DNA of 58,210 nucleotides, filler included, from Jimgerdemannia flammicorona (Eukaryota): NCBI GenBank assembly GCA_003990765.1. It is 3 parts of 3 records of this genome, joined end to end, with 100 filler letters (N's around TTAATTAATTAA, not from the genome) between each part and the next. Parts side by side here need not be neighbours in the genome. Positions count along the whole stretch, not along the records: positions 38,880 to 58,210 come from RBNJ01001965.1; 2 more parts are not named here. One strand, written 5' to 3'. Numbering within the stretch: the first letter of the stretch is position 1; each line of letters begins with the position of its first letter. The position numbers and the translations under genes are program-made. Positions 51,400-58,210 of the stretch are shown here, piece after piece. The notes under the pieces were generated by a model. That model saw nothing but the letters and a program-made list of their open reading frames with translations, had not been told where the DNA came from and did not search any database.

Positions 51400-54037
51400 C
51401 CAGTCTACTCAATCCTTTCTCTGATAATATTTGGATTATATAAACTTCTAGCAATACTCATGACATCATTTCTAGAGAATAGGTATTAGCAATATAACAA
51501 CTAATGAGTATTCTAAAGTACATGCTGAGCAGGGCAGCTCTAGTATATTCAATTAGTAGTATGTGAAAAGAAGTCATAGCTTGGGGGAGAGTCTGCTGGG
51601 CTCTCTTGTAGATAGAAGAGAAAGTGGAAGAAATAGAGCTAGAGCTAGAAGGTAGGAGCCCAAGAGGATGAGCTTTACTGATAAGATAAAGAAGGGACAT
51701 TTATTGACTGAATTGAAGAATTGGCTAAAGAAGGACAAGGAGATAGCAAGGGCTACAGGGCCTAGTAGAGTGGTCTATGGCAGTAAGAGTAGTGAGGCTG
51801 GGAGAGTAGTAGCTAGAGAGAGCAGAACTATTAATAGCAAGAAGACTGCCAATCTGGAAAAAAATCCAAATATAATAGTTGATGGTAGATCTGAGCAAGA
51901 AGTGGACATGAGGCTTAGAGACCTGACAGATAGTGTAACAGACTCAGTGGTGATACTGTTACTCAAGAAATCAAGATCAGACTTTACTGTCACATTATGT
52001 TTCTGGGGCTTAGTAGTAATAGTAAAGATAATTCTAAGGCTTCTGGCCCAGAAGGTGAAGGGAACAGCCTTGGTAAAATTTTTGAAGAGTTTGAAAGGAG
52101 TGGAGGTAGGCTTTAAGAAGGAGAATATACTGCTAGAAGTGATGGAGAAGAGAGTAGTAGTGGGGAGGAGTGGTAATTCTCATAGCCCAGTACTTATACT
52201 GAGACTCCAAGTAGTGTAGTTAATAGTGGTGGATATACCTACAGTGTTAAAGAAGATAGCTAAGGAGTTGATTGTAGAGGCTGTCAAAGAGTATAGAGAT
52301 ATTGTGGATATTAGGTTTTGGGTCTGAGAAGGTATAGAGTTCAGGACAGAAGATGTGGATATCAGAGTATAGCTGACAGACAAGGAGAATATGGGAAAAG
52401 TGAGAGACTGGTCAGCAGTCCTCAAATAGAGACCTGTGGAGTGCAAGGTCTCAAGAGTAAAAGAGATGCTAGAGGAAGAAGAGAACTTGCTGGAGGTATT
52501 GAGATCTGGCTGAGACTATTGAGAGGAGGAGATTGGTCTGAAAAGAGTTTGAGATCAAGATGGTAGTAGAGATCATAAATGGTAAGAAAGTATAGCTAGA
52601 TCAGACAGTCTGAGAGAGGGTACAGAGAAGGTATATTCAGAAGAATCTGATGGTAAAGTTGAGAGGGAGGGCAGAGGGGGGGATTGCTACTAAAGATATT
52701 AGATTGTAGACAAGTATTTGAGTAGAAGAGAAGAGTATGGCACCAAAGACCTGGGAGAGAGTGAATGCTCAGGATAGAGTATAGTCATGAAAGATGAGAA
52801 GATGGTTGAGAAGGGGCACCCTCAGTATAGAGTACCAGCAGGGGCTGGAGGTGATGATGAACTGTAGAATATACTGAAGGAGGATTGGAACAAGTCAGTA
52901 AGGATGAATGCAGAGGGAGGGCAGGTGGAAGGAGAGAAGAGAGTGGCCCAGAGAGTAGAGGAGACTGTTGACAAGAAGAAATAGCTATGGAAACACTGGT
53001 GAATATGGCAGCTGAGGAGCTGGAGGGGGAGGACTTTTAGGTACTGAGTGAGAGATACTGGGGTAAAATTCTGTTAGGTAAGAAGGTGCTGTGGAAACTC
53101 TGGGATGAGATAATGGTGGCTTGCTGAAGGCTGAGGCATATTAAGTAGATGATGACAGAGAGGCAACACTTCTGGCAATTGCAAATAAATGAGCAGTATA
53201 CTTGTGGGGCCTGAGGAAGAGGCTGGCAAAGTGGCAGGTAGTATGTGAGAAGTACCAAACAGATATAGAAACAGTAGATAGTACTGATAGTCAGGAGATC
53301 TTAGAGATATTAGAGGCTCAGCAGAGAGAGGTAAATAAGCTTAAAACAAAAAGGAACCTAGATGTTGCTAGTGATATAATGAGTATAGAATTGTAGAGTG
53401 GACAGCTGTTCTTTAAAAAACATTATTCAATATGAACAATACAACTAGAATCTTCTCTTTAAATATCAATGGGCTACAAGGAGCAGTGAGATATTGAAAT
53501 ATCTTCAGCTAACTAAAGGGACTGGATATATATTTGTTCTTAATAGGATGTTAAGTATAATAGAGATTTGGATATTCTAGACTGGACAAAGAAATAGAGT
53601 GGTGTGACTATATGGTAAGGACATGTGGGTATTCTGGTTAGAAAGAGTGAGGGGGATATTGAGACATTGGACATTGGGGGAGCAGGGTAGTGTGGGGAGT
53701 TGGAAGAGACTAGGCTAGAGACTCTTGACTGTTGGATCATGTTACTGTCTAGCAGAAAGGGGGGAGAGAGTGGAATGGATTCAAGGACTATAAGAGTCTA
53801 GAGCATTGGTAGAGGCAGGGATTGACTGTCTAGGTGGAGACTTCACATGATATATAATGGGAAGATAGACAGGACTGATGGGGAAAGAGAGATGACTGAT
53901 AGGAGTAGTGGTATAGAAGTCTGAGAGAAAGTTGAATATCTGAGTTCATTAATAGATGCTGAGAGACTTGGATGGAGAGATCATAGGGTCTATACTCACT
54001 GGGTGATAGAGTTGGACTTGAGGATTGACTGGTCTAG
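51400..54037 (+). mobile_element. Decayed non-LTR retrotransposon (L1/Tx1-like): ORF1 remnant plus AP-endonuclease start of ORF2 (from 53432)
   Basis: MNNTTRIFSLNINGL, CLGGDF, LIDAER...VYTHW...LRIDW; upstream LIVVDIP...AVKEYRDIVDI resembles ORF1. Boundaries approximate. Confidence 0.65.
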
Positions 54038-54039
54038 GT

Positions 54040-57000
54040 TATAACCTAATATCTTCTATAGAGATTATATTGGTTCACTAATTGATATAGAAATTTTCCT
54101 AAGTGAGTCAGGATTTTCTGAAGATGAGATTGTATTTAGAGAGGTGTGTAATATGGAAGGTTTGCCTTGTAGTATAATTTCCAAGTTGTAGAAGTGTATT
54201 CTTATATATGTTAGAGAGTTTCTATATTATTTTATTTCTAAATCTAGTAATATTTCCTTCTGGATTCCTCTGTATCTTGAGGTAGAATTTATCAGTAGTT
54301 TCTTTATCAAGGTAGTACTTACTTGCTCCACTGTTGATAAGGACTTCAACAGAATTTCCTTCAATTTTTTCTTGAAGGTGGATATATTCTGTATTATCTT
54401 CTTATCAGATAGCAATTATTTTTGTAATAGTCTCTTCTTTCTAATATTATGTCTCTTTATCTTTATCATTGATGTTCTTGATTCTTTATTCCATCATTCT
54501 GAGATAGTTGGCTTATACTTCTTGGATTTAAGGATATATATAATATATTCTTCAATATACTTAAAATAGTATATCTTGATTCTGTAAGGATATCATTCTA
54601 TAGAGATATATGTATGTAAGTTTCTTTGAGAACTTTTATTCTAACATCTGTACTAATAGTTGCTTACTTGCCTGATTTAATAATTACTTCTATACTAGAG
54701 TAGAGATTATAGCCAGCATTAGATTCATGTACTTTATCTGCAATTTTTACAGTAATGTGAAATCTCTTGATCTTGATTTTTTTAAAGATTCCTTTGAGAT
54801 CATCACTCATTATAGTAATAGTGTAAGGAGGATGGTTCTTTATTCATATTGGTCTTCTTATCAGAGTATTTACAGAATATGTATTCTTTCTTTTTACAGT
54901 AGAAACATACTCCTTTCTTTATAAGTTCTTTTATTTTCTTATTAGATAGTTTTTTGAATCTATCTTGTAGTCTTGAGAACTCATTCCAGAATTTATACTT
55001 CTTCTCAAATTGATATCATATATCTTCTTTATTGTTGTTTCTATTGTCTCTTAGTCTTTGGATTATAAGGAAGGTATATGCTCTAGTGATGGCTTATTCT
55101 AGGCACTATTATTCATATGGGCAATAATAGAGTTATTTTTATTTATAAATTTTTTCTGATAACTATCCAGGGATAATATTGAAGAAGTAGGCAGCTCAGG
55201 TTCCATTTATAGTCCATTCTTGTTAGCTATATTTTGCTCTTATAGTGTTCAGGAGAGTCTCTAGTTTTATAGCAAATGCTTTAAGATCTTCTTTTCTATT
55301 ATTATAGAATTGAAGGTTCTTGAGCTTAGTTCTGGCTTCAGTAAAGTAGACAGAGCTGCAGAACTATTGGATAATTAGTTTCTTTAGACCCACAGTAGCT
55401 AAATAGGCTTTATAGTCAGGATGATCATCATTTCCTTCACTTACATTGATTTTAGCACAGGTTTCTCAGGTGAGAGGGTATATTGGTAGATTGTGCCACT
55501 ACTAGATAGCTGTATCTATAAAGTGGGTGGTGACTTTCTCTACTTATAAGTCTATAGTTATATAGAGATCATCAATCTTATAGTACTCATTATAGTTGAG
55601 AGTACTATCTGAGTTCTGATTGTTATTTTATCTATTGGTATAATATATAATTGATGTTAACTTATCTTATAAATATTGTTACTTGGTCTACTTTATTTTT
55701 ATATAGTGTGAGGTAGAGACCTTTTGTGGGTTTGTTTATTTTAATACTGAGGTGAAGAGCTTGAGTAAGTATAGCTACTTGATCAGTTAGTACTACTATC
55801 TTATCATCTGTTGATGTTATTCTACTATCTCTGTTATCTGTTTAGTGAGATAATTAGAGTTCTTCTTCTGTTGTTATTGTATATCAATTATGATTTAGAG
55901 TTGATTCTTCTATATATATATCACTGAGGTGGGTGAGCTTGTAGACTGATGATCTTAATAGAGTAACTGTCAGATATTCTGTAATTTTTGGTAGGCTTGA
56001 TATTCTTGGTGGTAATTCTGTAATAGTAGTACTGAGGCCACCAATGTTAGGTTCAGATATCTCTTCAATTATCCTCCTAGATCTAAATGATATAGTAGAG
56101 ACCTCATTAGATCCAGTAGCTTATAGTTCTTATTGCTGAATTATTCTTACTTATATATAGAGAATTTGATAATAGAAGTGAGATTTCTTTTAATAGGTAT
56201 AGTATCTCTTATAGTTCAGAAAGGCCTTGACTTTATAGTAGTAATTATTAGAAAGGAGGTTCAGGAAATATTTACTTATAGCCTCAATAGATTCTTATAT
56301 ACGTATATTTCTTATAAAAGTGTCTACCAACTAGCTTGTTGAATTCTTTCTTAAGTTCAGAAGTAGGAGACTTCTTTGTTGAGTATAAGAAAGATATTAA
56401 ATACTTTTTGAATGATTTTATTATTGAGTTTGTCAAACTTCTCTTAGCTGGTATAGGTTTTGGTCTACTTGATAATGATTCTATTGAGTTCTTCAGCTTG
56501 AGTCTAGAGAATATCTAGAGTAAAAGTACTTCTTGACTATTACTAACAATATTATCAATATTGACTGATTCTGATTATCTGTAGTAAATTCTTAAAAAAA
56601 GATTGCTTATAAATAGAGAGTAAATTCTACTACTATCAAATTATAATAAAACTATATGTATATCAATAGAATTAATATATTATAGATAATCAAACTGACT
56701 ATTAGTCCTAAGTTCTGAGTTTTTATGAGGAAGAGTTTCAATTACCTGTTGAGGTAGAGTCTAGATATTATGTACTTTTAGATTCTTATACTGATAGAGA
56801 TATTATACTTATATCCTAAGTTAATTAGACTCAGAATTATTAAAAAGTCAGGTCTGTAAGTTCTGTGATAAGAATACTGCTTTATTTTTATATTTGAAAA
56901 AAGTAGAGCTGAGGTTACATATCACACTCAGTATAGAGAGTATTTATATATATTTGAGGCTATAACTAAATATAGTATGCTGGGTATATCTATATATATT

Positions 57001-57090
57001 TATATCACTTTGAGTATATAGCTACTAGTCAGAAATTCTATAGAAATTTCTATTAGAATTTCTAGTAACTTATAGATATAATTAATAATT
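54040..57090 (-). mobile_element. Decayed family D copy (LTR ~56642-57090 plus internal region)
   Basis: LTR similar to 26838-27277; internal part similar to 35146-35390; very AT- and TpA-rich. Confidence 0.65.
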
Positions 57091-57830
57091 TATTATAGCT
57101 GCTCAGGTTATTATTCTGCTTTTGCTCAAAAAGATATATATTAGGCAAGCTGCTCTGAAGTTTTCTGAGTAATATCAGATAGATAGTAATTTATTAAGTA
57201 AAGCTAAATATTTGAGTTCTAAAAGAGTATTATTAAATATAATTATTAGAACCAACCTCAGACTAGATATTTCTTTTAAAGAGAATTCAGTAGATAAATT
57301 TATACTGCTATTTACTGTATCTGCCAAAATATTATAAAAATAAGATTTTGTTATATTATAGATATTGCATAAGCTGATAGTGATATTATACAATATAATT
57401 AGATCATAAATAAGCTATTAGTGATTTGTTAATAACTATAGATAATTATGTAACTTTTCTAATTGAGAATTTTCTTGTAGATATTTTCAAATACAAGGTA
57501 TGTACAAGCTCTGACTGTAAATTAAATAGTTAAGAATATATATACTAAATGTGGAAAAAGTTACAAAAATATATATTTTTACTAATTACTATACTATATT
57601 TCAAAAGTACACTTTTTGTCTCTAAGTCCAGATCAGGAAGTATATTTTATTAGAGATTTGTTTTTTAACTACAATGTAAAAAAACTGCCAACCAATCTAT
57701 AAAATAAGAGAAAACCTATCATCTATATATAAATATTATCTGATAAATGCTATAGACAATAATACTACTGATAATTCTTCAAGAAAGTAAAGACACCAAG
57801 ATGAAGAAACTTCTAAGTAAAAGTGAGAGT

Positions 57831-58192
57831 TGAGTATTTATACAAAATATAATTCAATGGTTGCTAAGATATAAAGCTAAATATAAATTCCAATAACTAA
57901 AATGAAATGCCAGGACAGGAAAAACTACTAAGTTCCAGGGTTGGCACTGATGGTTATATAGGTTCAGAATGCTGGTATAATTCAGTATTACATCAAAATG
58001 CCAGTACTGGTATAACTCAGTATTACATCAGAATGCCAGTACTGGCATAACTCAGTGTAACCAAAGAACTTTAGAGCAGAATATTCAAGACCATAGGGGC
58101 TTCATCCTCATTGTCACTAAAGGAGATGAGATCTGCAAATTTATCATCATCATATAGGTTGTATGTTTCACATACTTTGTATACTTTACATA
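57831..58192 (-). repeat. Family B-like LTR U3 fragment (accessory ORF C-terminus, repeat array, TATA)
   Basis: Reverse complement of ~4760-5153; encodes ...DLISFSDNEDEAPMVLNILL* with stop at 58071-58073. Confidence 0.88.
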
Positions 58193-58210
58193 TTTTTTTT
58201 TTTTTTTTTT

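Overview
Fungal genomic DNA; the intron-rich housekeeping genes suggest an early-diverging fungus, probably Mucoromycota (inference). The window is three ~19.3 kb contigs (1-19342, 19443-38779, 38880-58210) joined by artificial N44-TTAATTAATTAA-N44 linkers. Two CpG-rich gene islands carry an MDL1-like ABC transporter and a trans-sulfuration enzyme (island 1), and prefoldin 2, NDUFAF5, RPB12, ERG3, SEC12 and MAK3 (island 2). They lie among nested, C>T/G>A-hypermutated transposons: at least four Ty3/Gypsy families (A-D), a foldback element, a hAT MITE and a LINE fragment. Main observation: three distinct Gypsy families share a homologous accessory gene I cannot assign to a known family (core roughly W/Y-x-x-Y-x-I-G...A-x-x-(I/V/L)-(H/Y)-x-I-(F/Y)-x-x-x-P, plus an acidic tail). 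In family A it lies between pol and the 3' LTR. In families B and C it lies entirely inside the LTR U3, directly followed by tandem repeat arrays and then the TATA box. Family B also encodes a five-motif dUTPase and a Cys/His module between protease and RT.
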